DNA of 64,000 bases, taken from Escherichia coli (GTDB lineage Bacteria; Pseudomonadota; Gammaproteobacteria; Enterobacterales; Enterobacteriaceae). Within the stretch, counting starts at the first letter, position 1, and the number at the start of each line of letters is the position of its first letter. The translations under genes were made by a program, and so were the position numbers. This document shows positions 31,977 to 45,956 of the stretch, in pieces. The notes under the pieces were generated by a model. That model saw only the letters and a program-made list of their open reading frames with translations. It did no database searches and had not been told where the DNA came from. The stretch is from assembly GCF_030384885.1 (NCBI RefSeq), contig NZ_CP128613.1. One strand, written 5' to 3'.

Positions 31977-32507
31977 TCAGGAACGTTTACGCGGCATCAT
32001 GCGTAGAAGTGTGTTGTCCTTCCAGAAATAGTGGTGTGCCAGTGCAGCCGCAGCGTGCAACCCGATGACAAAATATCCCAGATTCGCCAGCGTCTCATGC
32101 CACCACTTTAAGCTATCAACCCGTTCGAAATTGGCCTCTGCTGCATAAGGCATTGTCATACCAAACGCAAACCACGGGTTGCCCCGGTTATACATCATCA
32201 CCAAACCAATCACTGGCAGCGCAATAAACAGGAGATAAATCACCAAATGTCCCAAATGTGCCAGTCCCGTCATCATCGGTTTTGGTTTAGGTACAATCGG
32301 CGGAGTTGGGTATTTAAGCCTTAACAAAAGACGAACAACCATCAGCACGAGAATTGTGATGCCACAGGAAACATGAATCATGTTGATGAGCGGCCGATCG
32401 CTACGTGGGAAGAAACCACGAAACTCCATTGCGCAATACGCTGCGATAACCAGCAAAAAGACCAGCCAGTGAATGCCGATTTGTAACCTTGAATATTTAC
32501 TTTCCAT
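31977..32507 (-). CDS. cybB: Cytochrome b561
   Basis: ORF 31977-32543; start MESKYSRLQIGIHWLVFLL gives 176 aa; four TM helices with conserved His haem ligands. Confidence 0.9.
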   Translation of the reverse strand: MESKYSRLQIGIHWLVFLLVIAAYCAMEFRGFFPRSDRPLINMIHVSCGITILVLMVVRLLLRLKYPTPPIVPKPKPMMTGLAHLGHLVIYLLFIALPVIGLVMMYNRGNPWFAFGMTMPYAAEANFERVDSLKWWHETLANLGYFVIGLHAAAALAHHYFWKDNTLLRMMPRKRS

Positions 32508-32695
32508 AACATTTCCTGCTTTAACATAATTTTCCGTTAACATAACGAGCTTTTCTTAAAATTTCATTAAATATTGTTCACCCGTTTTCAGTACGTTACG
32601 TTTCACGGCAAGAATGTAGATTGCCCATCCCGCCATCCTGGTCTAAGCCTGGAAAGGATCAATTTTCATCCGAACGTTCCTGACAGGAGAAGACC

Positions 32696-33697
32696 ATGAG
32701 TAAAGTTGGTATTAACGGTTTTGGTCGTATCGGTCGACTGGTGTTGCGTCGATTACTTGAAGTCAAAAGCAACATAGACATTGTCGCTATTAATGATCTC
32801 ACTTCCCCAAAAATTCTCGCCTACCTGCTGAAACATGATTCAAACTACGGACCGTTCCCCTGGAGCGTTGATTTTACGGAAGATTCACTTATCGTTGATG
32901 GAAAAAGTATCGCGGTTTACGCCGAAAAAGAGGCTAAAAATATTCCATGGAAAGCGAAAGGCGCAGAAATCATTGTCGAATGTACTGGCTTTTATACCTC
33001 CGCCGAGAAATCGCAGGCGCACCTTGATGCTGGTGCGAAGAAGGTGTTGATTTCCGCCCCTGCCGGTGAAATGAAAACCATCGTTTATAACGTCAATGAC
33101 GACACACTGGATGGCAACGACACCATTGTTTCCGTGGCGTCATGCACCACTAACTGTCTTGCACCGATGGCCAAAGCCTTGCACGACAGTTTCGGAATAG
33201 AAGTCGGCACGATGACGACCATTCATGCCTATACTGGCACCCAGTCACTGGTGGATGGCCCGCGAGGTAAAGATCTACGCGCTTCACGTGCAGCGGCAGA
33301 AAATATCATTCCCCACACTACAGGCGCGGCAAAAGCCATTGGTCTGGTGATCCCAGAACTGAGCGGCAAACTGAAAGGTCATGCGCAACGCGTACCCGTG
33401 AAAACAGGTTCGGTGACTGAACTGGTGTCTATTCTTGGAAAAAAAGTGACTGCCGAAGAGGTGAACAACGCGCTTAAAAACGCGACAAACAATAACGAGT
33501 CATTTGGTTATACCGATGAAGAAATAGTCTCTTCTGATATCATTGGCAGCCATTTCGGGTCGGTGTTTGATGCCACGCAAACCGAAATTACCGCCGTGGG
33601 CGATTTACAACTGGTGAAAACGGTCGCCTGGTATGATAACGAATATGGCTTCGTCACGCAGCTTATTCGCACCCTCGAAAAATTCGCTAAACTCTGA
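32696..33697 (+). CDS. gapC: Glyceraldehyde-3-phosphate dehydrogenase GapC, intact 333-aa reading frame
   Basis: N-terminal NAD-binding motif INGFGRIGR and active site SCTTNCLAP; uninterrupted ORF. Confidence 0.9.
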   Translation: MSKVGINGFGRIGRLVLRRLLEVKSNIDIVAINDLTSPKILAYLLKHDSNYGPFPWSVDFTEDSLIVDGKSIAVYAEKEAKNIPWKAKGAEIIVECTGFYTSAEKSQAHLDAGAKKVLISAPAGEMKTIVYNVNDDTLDGNDTIVSVASCTTNCLAPMAKALHDSFGIEVGTMTTIHAYTGTQSLVDGPRGKDLRASRAAAENIIPHTTGAAKAIGLVIPELSGKLKGHAQRVPVKTGSVTELVSILGKKVTAEEVNNALKNATNNNESFGYTDEEIVSSDIIGSHFGSVFDATQTEITAVGDLQLVKTVAWYDNEYGFVTQLIRTLEKFAKL

Positions 33698-33703
33698 CGA
33701 GCA

Positions 33704-33735
33704 AAGGCGGAGGGAAAAGCCTCCGCCTCTTTCAC
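33704..33735. terminator. Bidirectional terminator between convergent gapC and aldA
   Basis: ggcggagg-gaaaagc-ctccgcc hairpin followed by tctttcactc. Confidence 0.6.
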
Positions 33736-33738
33736 TCA

Positions 33739-35178
33739 TTACGACTGTAAATAAACCACCTGGGTCTGCAGGTATTCATGCAAGCCATGTTTGCCATCTG
33801 CGCCGCCAATACCGGATTTACGCCATCCGGCGTGGAATCCTTGCATAGCTTCGAAGTTTTCACGGTTGATGTAAGTTTCACCAAACTTCAGCCCTTTAAT
33901 AGCTTTCATCGCGACGTTCAGATTTTGGGTATAGAGTGATGAGGTCAGGCCGTAATCACTGTCATTAGCCATTGCGATAGCCTCTTCCAGCGTGTCAAAT
34001 GCGACCACTGGCAGCACCGGGCCAAAGGTTTCCTCGTGCATAATCGACATTTCCTGACGAACATCCAGCAGCAAAGTCGGCGGATAATAATATCCTTTCC
34101 CCTCAACCGCTTTGCCCCCCAACGCTACCCTCGCCCCCTCTTCGACTGCGCGCGCCACTTTTTGCTCGACCCTTTCCAGCGCCGCGGCGTTAATCAACGG
34201 CCCCATCGCAATGTCGTTGCGTTCAGCGGGGTTACCAAATTGAACCGCCTGCATCGCTTCACCCAGCCGATTGACGAACTGATCATAAATGCCTTTCTGT
34301 ACATAAACACGTTCTGCACAGTTACACACTTGCCCACTATTAATGACGCGTGAATCAACGATGGCTTTGACTGCCAGTTCAAGATCGGCATCGTCCATTA
34401 CGATAGCTGGTGCTTTACCACCCAATTCCAGACACACTTTTGTGATATTTTTTGCTGCAGTCGCCATGATCTTTTCACCTGCAGAGACGCTGCCTGTCAT
34501 ACTGACCATTGCGACCTTTGGGTTACCCGCCAGTTCTTGCCCAACGGTTTCACCACGCCCCAGCACAAGGTTAAACACACCGCGTGGAAGGCCTATTTCA
34601 TCGACAATTTTGGCAAAAGCAATCGCATTGTTTGGCGTAAATTCACTGGGTTTAATGACGATGGTATTACCGGTCAAAAGAGCGGGAGCCATTTTGCGGG
34701 CAATGAGGAAGAACGGGAAGTTCCACGGCAGAATGCCGGTAGTCACGCCAAGCGCACGTTTAAAGAGAAGAATATTTTCTCCTGGACGATCGCTTTGAAT
34801 AATCTCACCTTCGTAACGCCGCGCCCACTCTGCCATGTAATCGATATAATCCGCAGTAAATGCCACCTCAACTTCGGCCAGCTGCTGGATCTTGCCCCCT
34901 TCTTCAACAATCAGCGCACTGATTTCACTGGCGCGTTCGCGGATCCCGGCGGCGATTTTGCGCAACCAACTGGCGCGTTCAATGGCAGGCAATGCTTCCC
35001 ATTCTGGCTGCGCGCGCTCTGCGGCGTCGATTGCTTTGCGAGCATCTTCAGCCTGACCATCGGGAATGCGGGAAATCACCGCCTCTGTTGCGGGGTTAAC
35101 CACATCAATCCATGCGTCTCCACGCCAGGTAACAAACTGTCCATCGATATACATAGGATGTTGAACGGGTACTGACAT
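33739..35178 (-). CDS. aldA: Lactaldehyde dehydrogenase AldA
   Basis: 479-aa aldehyde dehydrogenase; N-terminus MSVPVQHPMYIDGQFVTWRGDAWIDVVNPATEAVISRIPDGQAED. Confidence 0.92.
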   Translation of the reverse strand: MSVPVQHPMYIDGQFVTWRGDAWIDVVNPATEAVISRIPDGQAEDARKAIDAAERAQPEWEALPAIERASWLRKIAAGIRERASEISALIVEEGGKIQQLAEVEVAFTADYIDYMAEWARRYEGEIIQSDRPGENILLFKRALGVTTGILPWNFPFFLIARKMAPALLTGNTIVIKPSEFTPNNAIAFAKIVDEIGLPRGVFNLVLGRGETVGQELAGNPKVAMVSMTGSVSAGEKIMATAAKNITKVCLELGGKAPAIVMDDADLELAVKAIVDSRVINSGQVCNCAERVYVQKGIYDQFVNRLGEAMQAVQFGNPAERNDIAMGPLINAAALERVEQKVARAVEEGARVALGGKAVEGKGYYYPPTLLLDVRQEMSIMHEETFGPVLPVVAFDTLEEAIAMANDSDYGLTSSLYTQNLNVAMKAIKGLKFGETYINRENFEAMQGFHAGWRKSGIGGADGKHGLHEYLQTQVVYLQS

Positions 35179-35371
35179 GGGAGACTCCTGTGATTAATGT
35201 GTGTATTTGGTAAATTATTTGTTAATTAATATCAATCATCATAGAGACAGCATCTTGAAAGGACAAATCTGTGAAGAGCTTCATAAAAAGAAGGGTAAAA
35301 GGAATAAAAGGCAGAAAAAAAAGTAAGGAGTCATGCCCGTTTGCAAACAGTTATTCTCAAACGGGCAATTT

Positions 35372-36172
35372 TCAACGTAGCGAACGACTTTCCATCGCCT
35401 CGATAAGCACAGCATCGTGTTTCAGCGTTTGCCATGCCTGGGTGACTTCTGCAGGAAAATCAACGTGAACGATAAAATCTCGCCCACGGGGACCATAGCC
35501 ATCACTATCATCGCGTAAACGTGGCAGCTCGCCAGTGAGTAGTGAGAGATAACGCTCAACCGGCCATAATCCTTCTAACTGGTTAATAAAGATTACACTG
35601 TCTTCGTTGTTTCCTAGCTGAGGAACGAATCCGGGATAACTTAACCAGCGAGGTGCATCTGGATTGTCCCCGGTCATACGGCGGAACGTCGCCATCGTGC
35701 GCCGCTGCATGGTGGGGTCCTGAACAACGATAGCCGTATGAACTCTTTCTACGGCCTGATTCAATAGCGCGATGCTAAAGCGTGCGTTTTCACCGCAGTT
35801 TGTTGACTGGTCTTCAATCCAGATTTTTTCATGCGGAATGTGCCAGAACTGATGAGCGATATCCGCCAGGATGGTAGCTTCTGCTCTGCCAGTGGTGCGG
35901 ATAGTGTTGTAGTGCGGATGCTGTGCGATGGCGCTATACAAAAAAGTTGTCGAGTGACCGATACCACCACTAATCAGTAGAGGAATTTGCTGATCGCGGG
36001 CAATCTTACATGCCGCATCGATAGTCGGTATAACCGCATTGCCTGCAAGGATCACGCAATCGGCCTGATACGGCACCTCACCGGAGAAATCATCCTGCGC
36101 CAGCCACTGACCGATAACATTTATGGCATCTATGGTTGCCGGCGAAAGCGTCGGAAACGGGGTAATGTTCAT
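35372..36172 (-). CDS. ydcF: DUF218-domain protein YdcF
   Basis: 266-aa ORF; length and sequence match remembered YdcF. Confidence 0.85.
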   Translation of the reverse strand: MNITPFPTLSPATIDAINVIGQWLAQDDFSGEVPYQADCVILAGNAVIPTIDAACKIARDQQIPLLISGGIGHSTTFLYSAIAQHPHYNTIRTTGRAEATILADIAHQFWHIPHEKIWIEDQSTNCGENARFSIALLNQAVERVHTAIVVQDPTMQRRTMATFRRMTGDNPDAPRWLSYPGFVPQLGNNEDSVIFINQLEGLWPVERYLSLLTGELPRLRDDSDGYGPRGRDFIVHVDFPAEVTQAWQTLKHDAVLIEAMESRSLR

Positions 36173-36389
36173 GGTTCCTCCTTATCGTTCCCTTAAGAAT
36201 ACTGCGTGAGATAATAATGAGAAGCGGAGCACTCTGAAAGGAGGAAGTCGTATTTCCTTAACCGCCACTCCGCAAGCCTGACATATCTTTTAAGGAAATG
36301 CTGTAGATAAACATTATTCATCTTGCAGCAGAGAATTGTATTTTTCTGAATTCCTGAATTTTTGCCCTTACCGTTTTAGAATTAATAAA

Positions 36390-36425
36390 AAACCCGGCGC
36401 TAAATGCTTACCGGGTTTTAGATTT
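36390..36425 (-). terminator. Intrinsic terminator downstream of hrpA
   Basis: Minus strand reads aaaacccggtaagcatttagcgccgggtttttt (hairpin plus U-run) directly after the hrpA stop. Confidence 0.65.
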
Positions 36426-36443
36426 ATCAGGCAAATAGCAGCG

Positions 36444-39400
36444 TTAACCGCTAATCTGCTCCATCGCCTGTAGAATACGCTTATCTGAAATCGGATAAGG
36501 TGTACCGAGTTGTTGGGCAAAATAGCTGACGCGCAACTCCTCTATCATCCAGCGTATCTCTTTCACGTCTTCATCCTCACGACGTGCAGGCGGCAGTTTG
36601 TTGATCCATTGCTGCCACGCCTGCTGGACGTTTTCAACTTTCAGCATCTGAGCACGGTCACGGTGCGGGTCAACCGCCAGTTTTTCCAGACGCTTTTCAA
36701 TCGCCTGCAAATAACGCAGCGTGTCGCCCAGGCGTTTGAAGCCATTACCAGTGACAAAACCGCGATACACCAGCCCACTCATCTGCGCTTTAATGTCAGA
36801 AAGCCCCAGCGCCATGGTCATATCCACCCGCCCTTTCAGGCGTTTGTTGATATTGAACACCGCCGTAAGGATTTGCTCTACCTGCTTCGCAATATCCACC
36901 ACCGTGTCGTTCAGTTCAGCGCGGACTTTTTCATGAAGCGCAGCAAAGCCCTCTTCCGTCCAGACCGGGCCGCCCGCCTCATCAATCAACTTATCAACAC
37001 CGCAGGAGATGCAGTCGTCAATGAGATCCAGCACTTTACCGTACGGGTTAAAGTAGAGACCAAGCTTCGCTTTGTTCGGCAGTTTCTCATGCAGATATTT
37101 AATTGGCGACGGAATATTCAGCAGCAGCAAGCGACGCAAACCACGCCACATAGCCTGCTGTTGTTCCTGCGGGTTATCAAAAAGCTTAATCGCTACGCTG
37201 TCACGCTCATCCACCAGCGCAGGCCAGGCCTTCACTTTGTAGTTGCCACGTTTCTGCTCGTAGTGATCCGGTAAATTACCGAAGCTCCAGATATGTAACC
37301 CGCTTTGCTCAATACCATCATCGGCAACGGCGGAAAGCGTTTCCTGCACTTTGCCTTTCAGGGCGTCTTTCAGATCCTGTAATGAGCGCCCTTCTTTTAG
37401 CTTCTTATTTTTGTCATCCACCACACGGAAGGTGATTTTCAGGTGATCGGGCACCTGATCCCAGTGCCAGTCTTCGCGGTCAACGGTAACGCCGGTCATC
37501 CGCCGTAGCTCGCGCTCAAGGCTGTCGAGCAACGGCAGTTCCAGCGGCGTGACGCGACCTAAAAACGCTTCGGCGTAGTTTGGCGCGGGCACAAAATTAC
37601 GCCGTACCGGTTTCGGCAACGATTTGATTAGAGCAATCACCAGTTCACGGCGCAGGCCGGGGATCTGCCACTCAAACCCGCTTTCCTCAACCTGGTTAAG
37701 TAATGGCAGCGGAATATGCACGGTCACACCGTCAGCATCCGCCCCCGGCTCAAACTGATAGCTTAAACGCAGCTTGAGATTGCCCTGATGCCAGAAGTTC
37801 GGGTAATCCAGCTTGCTGATTTTTTCCGCCCCTTCTTTGATCAACATGCTCTTTTCAAAGTTGAGCAAATCAGGTGTTTCGCGGCTGACTTTTTTCCACC
37901 AACTATCAAAGTGACGTGCAGAGATCACATCATGGCTGATGCGCTGGTCGTAAAACTCAAACAACGTTTCGTCATCCACCAGAATATCGCGGCGACGTGA
38001 TTTGTGTTCCAGTTCTTCCACTTCTGCCCGTAGTTTCAGGTTTTCACGGAAGAATGCGTGACGCGTCTGCCAGTCACCTTCCACCAGCGCGTGGCGAATA
38101 AAAAGTTCACGACACAGCGCCGGATCAATCTGGCTGTAGTTGACCTTACGCGCAGCAACAATCGGCAACCCGTAAACGGTGACTTTTTCAGTTGCCATCA
38201 CCGCGCCCTGCGCCCGTTCCCAGTGCGGTTCGCTGTAGGAGCGTTTAATCAAATGCTGGGCAACTGGCTCTACCCATTCTGGATCGATGCGTGCCGCAAT
38301 GCGCCCCCACAGGCGGCTGGTTTCTACCAGTTCCGCCACCATTGCCCATTTCGGCGGCTTCTTGAATAAACCAGAACCGGGGAAGATGGAGAAACGCGCG
38401 TTACGTGCGCCGGTATATTCCTGTTTATCGGCATCTTTCATCCCGATATGCGAAAGCAAACCGGTCAGTAAGGCGATGTGAATTTCGCGATACTCCGCCG
38501 GTTCGCTGTTAACCGGAATGCCAAGTTCTTTCACCACCTGGCGCAACTGGGTGTAGATGTCCTGCCATTCGCGCACGCGCAGATAGTTAAGGTAATCGGT
38601 ACGGCAAAGGCGACGGAAGGCGTTTGAAGAGAGCGCCTTTTGCTGCTCGCCGAGATAATTCCACAGATTTACAAACGCCAGGAAGTCGGATTCTTTATCG
38701 TGGAAGCGACGATGTTTTTCGTCCGATGCCTGCTGCTTGTCCATTGGCCGCTCACGCGGGTCCTGAATAGAGAGCGCGGAAGTGATAATCATCGCCTCAC
38801 GCACGCAGCCATGTTTCTGCGCTTCCAGCACCATTCGCGCCAGACGAGGATCGACTGGCAGTTGCGAGAGCTGGCGACCGAGCGGCGTCAGTTTATAGGC
38901 GCTGGCCTGTTCATCAGTGGTGATCGCGCCCAGCTCTTCGAGCAGACGCACGCCATCCTGGATATTGCGTTTATCCGGCGCTTCTACAAACGGGAACGCA
39001 GCGATATCGCCCAGCCCCAGCGCGGTCATCTGCAAAATAACCGAGGCCAGGTTGGTACGCAGAATCTCCGGATCGGTAAACTCCGGGCGCGAGAGGAAAT
39101 CGTCTTCGGAATAAAGACGAATGCAGATCCCTTCTGACACACGACCACAGCGGCCTTTACGCTGATTAGCTGAAGCCTGCGAAATGGGCTCAATCGGCAA
39201 ACGCTGCACTTTGGTGCGATAGCTGTAGCGGCTGATACGCGCCGTACCTGGGTCGATAACGTATTTAATCCCCGGCACGGTCAGCGACGTTTCCGCGACG
39301 TTAGTCGCCAGCACAATGCGCCGTCCGCTGTGCGACTGGAAGACGCGGTTCTGCTCGCTGTTCGAAAGCCGTGCATAAAGCGGAAGAATTTCCGTATGGC

Positions 39401-40346
39401 GTAAGTTCAGCTTGTTCAGCGCATCGGCGGTATCGCGAATTTCTCGCTCGCCGCTCATAAAAATCAGAATGTCGCCGGGGCTTTCCTGGCTCAGTTCGTC
39501 TACGGCGTCAAAAATCGCCTGCAACTGGTCGCGCTCGGTGTCATCAGCTTCTTCAACAATCGGGCGATAGCGCACCTCCACCGGATAGGTACGACCGGAG
39601 ACTTCGATAATCGGCGCATTATTAAAGTGGCGCGAAAAGCGTTCCGGGTCGATAGTCGCGGAAGTGATAATGATTTTTAGGTCAGGACGCCGCGGCAGCA
39701 ACTCTTTCAAATAACCGAGGAGAAAATCGATATTCAGGCTACGTTCGTGCGCTTCGTCAATAATGATAGTGTCGTACTGCATCAGCAGGCGGTCTTGCTG
39801 GATCTCTGCCAGCAGGATACCGTCGGTCATCAGTTTGACCATCGTGTTATCACTGACGTGATCGCTGAATCGGACTTTATACCCGATGCAACCGCCCGGC
39901 TCCGTTTTCAGCTCTTCCGCGATCCGGTTCGCCACCGTTCGTGCCGCCAGACGACGCGGCTGGGTATGGCCGATCAGCCCTTTAATCCCGCGCCCCAGCT
40001 CCATACAGATTTTCGGTAGCTGAGTCGTTTTACCGGAACCCGTTTCCCCGGCGACGATCACCACCTGGTGATCACGGATTGCTTCGAGAATGTCCTGCTT
40101 TTTCTGACTAACCGGCAAATTGTCTGGATAAGTGATTTCCGGTCGTGCTGCTTCACGCAGCAGGACTTTCCCTGCCGCCTGGTCAATCTCTTTCGCCATC
40201 TCCTGGAAAATGGCCTGTTGTGCATCAGGATTTTTAACCTTCTTCACACCATGCAGACGGCGGGAAAAACGCAGTCTGTCACGCAGCATCAGCGAATCCA
40301 ACCGTTGCTGCAAGGCCGTAAAGGTCAATTTTTGTTGTTCTGTCAT
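36444..40346 (-). CDS. hrpA: ATP-dependent RNA helicase HrpA (DEAH-box)
   Basis: 1300-aa ORF with Walker A GETGSGKTT, DEAH motif (IIIDEAHERS) and helicase C-terminal and OB-fold regions. Confidence 0.93.
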   Translation of the reverse strand: MTEQQKLTFTALQQRLDSLMLRDRLRFSRRLHGVKKVKNPDAQQAIFQEMAKEIDQAAGKVLLREAARPEITYPDNLPVSQKKQDILEAIRDHQVVIVAGETGSGKTTQLPKICMELGRGIKGLIGHTQPRRLAARTVANRIAEELKTEPGGCIGYKVRFSDHVSDNTMVKLMTDGILLAEIQQDRLLMQYDTIIIDEAHERSLNIDFLLGYLKELLPRRPDLKIIITSATIDPERFSRHFNNAPIIEVSGRTYPVEVRYRPIVEEADDTERDQLQAIFDAVDELSQESPGDILIFMSGEREIRDTADALNKLNLRHTEILPLYARLSNSEQNRVFQSHSGRRIVLATNVAETSLTVPGIKYVIDPGTARISRYSYRTKVQRLPIEPISQASANQRKGRCGRVSEGICIRLYSEDDFLSRPEFTDPEILRTNLASVILQMTALGLGDIAAFPFVEAPDKRNIQDGVRLLEELGAITTDEQASAYKLTPLGRQLSQLPVDPRLARMVLEAQKHGCVREAMIITSALSIQDPRERPMDKQQASDEKHRRFHDKESDFLAFVNLWNYLGEQQKALSSNAFRRLCRTDYLNYLRVREWQDIYTQLRQVVKELGIPVNSEPAEYREIHIALLTGLLSHIGMKDADKQEYTGARNARFSIFPGSGLFKKPPKWAMVAELVETSRLWGRIAARIDPEWVEPVAQHLIKRSYSEPHWERAQGAVMATEKVTVYGLPIVAARKVNYSQIDPALCRELFIRHALVEGDWQTRHAFFRENLKLRAEVEELEHKSRRRDILVDDETLFEFYDQRISHDVISARHFDSWWKKVSRETPDLLNFEKSMLIKEGAEKISKLDYPNFWHQGNLKLRLSYQFEPGADADGVTVHIPLPLLNQVEESGFEWQIPGLRRELVIALIKSLPKPVRRNFVPAPNYAEAFLGRVTPLELPLLDSLERELRRMTGVTVDREDWHWDQVPDHLKITFRVVDDKNKKLKEGRSLQDLKDALKGKVQETLSAVADDGIEQSGLHIWSFGNLPDHYEQKRGNYKVKAWPALVDERDSVAIKLFDNPQEQQQAMWRGLRRLLLLNIPSPIKYLHEKLPNKAKLGLYFNPYGKVLDLIDDCISCGVDKLIDEAGGPVWTEEGFAALHEKVRAELNDTVVDIAKQVEQILTAVFNINKRLKGRVDMTMALGLSDIKAQMSGLVYRGFVTGNGFKRLGDTLRYLQAIEKRLEKLAVDPHRDRAQMLKVENVQQAWQQWINKLPPARREDEDVKEIRWMIEELRVSYFAQQLGTPYPISDKRILQAMEQISG

Positions 40347-40537
40347 AACGTTAGTGGGCAGCAGGCTGCCTGATTAATTTTCTTTTAAATGATAGATATA
40401 GAGTACCACATCGCGGCTTTCTATGCGTTGTTCAATAAATTCGAACATAGGCTTCGATTTATTGCGCTATCTCTGTGGCAGGATTGTGAATAAAGTGTCA
40501 ACAAGCAACGGGGCATCGCCCATTCAAACATCTATAA

Positions 40538-41152
<615 letters not shown>

Positions 41153-41205
41153 CCGGACACTATTTTGATGTGGACTGTAGATATTCAGTCCACATCTCAA
41201 TCCAC

Positions 41206-44269
<3,064 letters not shown>

Positions 44270-44284
44270 TTTCTCTATTTTCCT

Positions 44285-45181
44285 TCAGTAACAGCAGTAG
44301 CGAATAAAATAAAAAAATACCGGAGCGGTGAAAATTAATGAGTCAATCCTGTCAAGGAGTCCGCCATGTCCTGGTAATAGTTTTCCGCTATCTTTAACAC
44401 CAATATCTCGTTTGATGGCTGACATCACTACATCGCCGCAAAAACCACTAATACCAATTAACAAACCCGCTAATAATGCCTGTAATGTATCTAGCGGTGT
44501 CAGCAACGGTCCAATAATCAGTGACGCAATCATGGTGGTGATTACGCCGCCCATCAGACCTTCCAATGTTTTTCCCGGGCTGACTTTAGGGACCACTTTT
44601 CTTCTGCCGCAGGATTTTCCCCATAAATACTGTGCAATATCGTTTGACTCGGTTAATGCCAAAAGAAATAACACCAGTAACGCCCCGCCCTGGATATTTG
44701 TGGTTGGCAACATTAATAACCAGGCGGCATGACTCAAGGCGAAAACGGTCATTATCCAGCCCCAAAAAATGGCGCTCACGGTATGCAGAAAACCGGAGGG
44801 GTCACCCACAAAAACTCGCCAGGTGGCTAATATCAGAAACCCAGCCAAAGGTATAAATAACAGAAACAGCTCAAAGCAATTAAAACCGATAAGCAAATAG
44901 TTAAGAGGAATAACCCAATATAACCAACGCGGAAAATGTACGAATACAAGCGTACAATATTCTTTCAATGCCATAAAACTTATCAGCGCAAAAAACGTCA
45001 ATGTCATCAAGCGTGGACCTGAAATCACTAGTGAAAAACAAATAACGATGCTCCACCAGGTACGAATACGTAATGTAACTTCATCTCCTTTTCTCTCCGG
45101 TAACCGCCATACCAGAAAACGGTTTATCAGCGTTGCTAAAATTAACAACACGAAAAGTATTGCCAGAGATTTTTCCAGCAT
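44285..45181 (-). CDS. ynbB: YnbB, CDP-diglyceride synthase (CdsA)-family membrane protein
   Basis: 298-aa polytopic ORF with a CdsA-like C-terminal signature region (...KRDIGVKDSGKLLPGHGGLLDRIDS...). Confidence 0.82.
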   Translation of the reverse strand: MLEKSLAILFVLLILATLINRFLVWRLPERKGDEVTLRIRTWWSIVICFSLVISGPRLMTLTFFALISFMALKEYCTLVFVHFPRWLYWVIPLNYLLIGFNCFELFLLFIPLAGFLILATWRVFVGDPSGFLHTVSAIFWGWIMTVFALSHAAWLLMLPTTNIQGGALLVLFLLALTESNDIAQYLWGKSCGRRKVVPKVSPGKTLEGLMGGVITTMIASLIIGPLLTPLDTLQALLAGLLIGISGFCGDVVMSAIKRDIGVKDSGKLLPGHGGLLDRIDSLIFTAPVFFYFIRYCCY

Positions 45182-45786
45182 TACTTTTCAGCGCTCATAA
45201 GGAGCACGCTTCGACAACGATTAATCGCAGTCCAGAGAAGCAGAATTGAAGCAATGCTCCATAAAAGATTATTCCATTGCATCCACTGGGGATAAATGGC
45301 AACGGCCAGCCCCCACAAACCAAATATTAACGCACGATCGCTTTTGCCAAATGGACCGGCATAACTGCGAATACCGTTAATCGTCTGCGCGAGTAAACCG
45401 CAAAACTCAGTCAATATGGTGCAAAATAACATGAGTATTACGAGTGATGCGTTACTTTCCGGTAAAAATAAAAACGGTAAATAAAGCGCAATATCGGAAA
45501 TAACATCGCCAGTTTCATTCAAAATCGCCCCCAGACGTGTTTGCTGATTGCACTCACGCGCCATCATGCCATCCAGCGCATTGAGTGCCATACGGACAAA
45601 AAGCACGATGGGCAATAGCAAAAAGAGGATGGGTCGTGCCACCAACATCAACAGCAATCCGATAAGAAGAGAAAGCGCCAGTGCCGCAAGAGTGATGTGA
45701 TTCGCTGTAACGTGGTGCTTATAAAGCCAAAACATCGTCGGCCTTAACAGCGACTGAAAGAGCGGTTTTATCTGGTAGAGCGTCAT
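45181..45786 (-). CDS. ynbA: YnbA, CDP-alcohol phosphatidyltransferase-family membrane protein
   Basis: ORF 45181-45792; CDP-OH phosphatidyltransferase region (ALDGMMARECNQQTRLGAILNETGDVISD); start at MTLYQIKPL gives 201 aa; stop shares 1 nt with the ynbB start. Confidence 0.82.
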   Translation of the reverse strand: MTLYQIKPLFQSLLRPTMFWLYKHHVTANHITLAALALSLLIGLLLMLVARPILFLLLPIVLFVRMALNALDGMMARECNQQTRLGAILNETGDVISDIALYLPFLFLPESNASLVILMLFCTILTEFCGLLAQTINGIRSYAGPFGKSDRALIFGLWGLAVAIYPQWMQWNNLLWSIASILLLWTAINRCRSVLLMSAEK

Positions 45787-45956
45787 TATCAATCCTTGAT
45801 AATTCGGTTTGCGCTATGGTGCATCAATTCCCCTGACGGAGATATCGCAACACGCCGCTTCATTAAAAATTCAGAATATATCAAGGTATTGGGGACTCAC
45901 TGCCAGGAATGATTATCCCCAATTAATCAAATGGTTAAGAAAAATTACGTTGTGGA

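Noticed and set aside
36510-37274. 254-aa ORF on the + strand (and other + strand ORFs between 36.5 and 40.4 kb)
   Set aside because: Antisense within hrpA; no independent signals (RBS, domain motifs); hrpA is a continuous 1300-aa helicase on the opposite strand.
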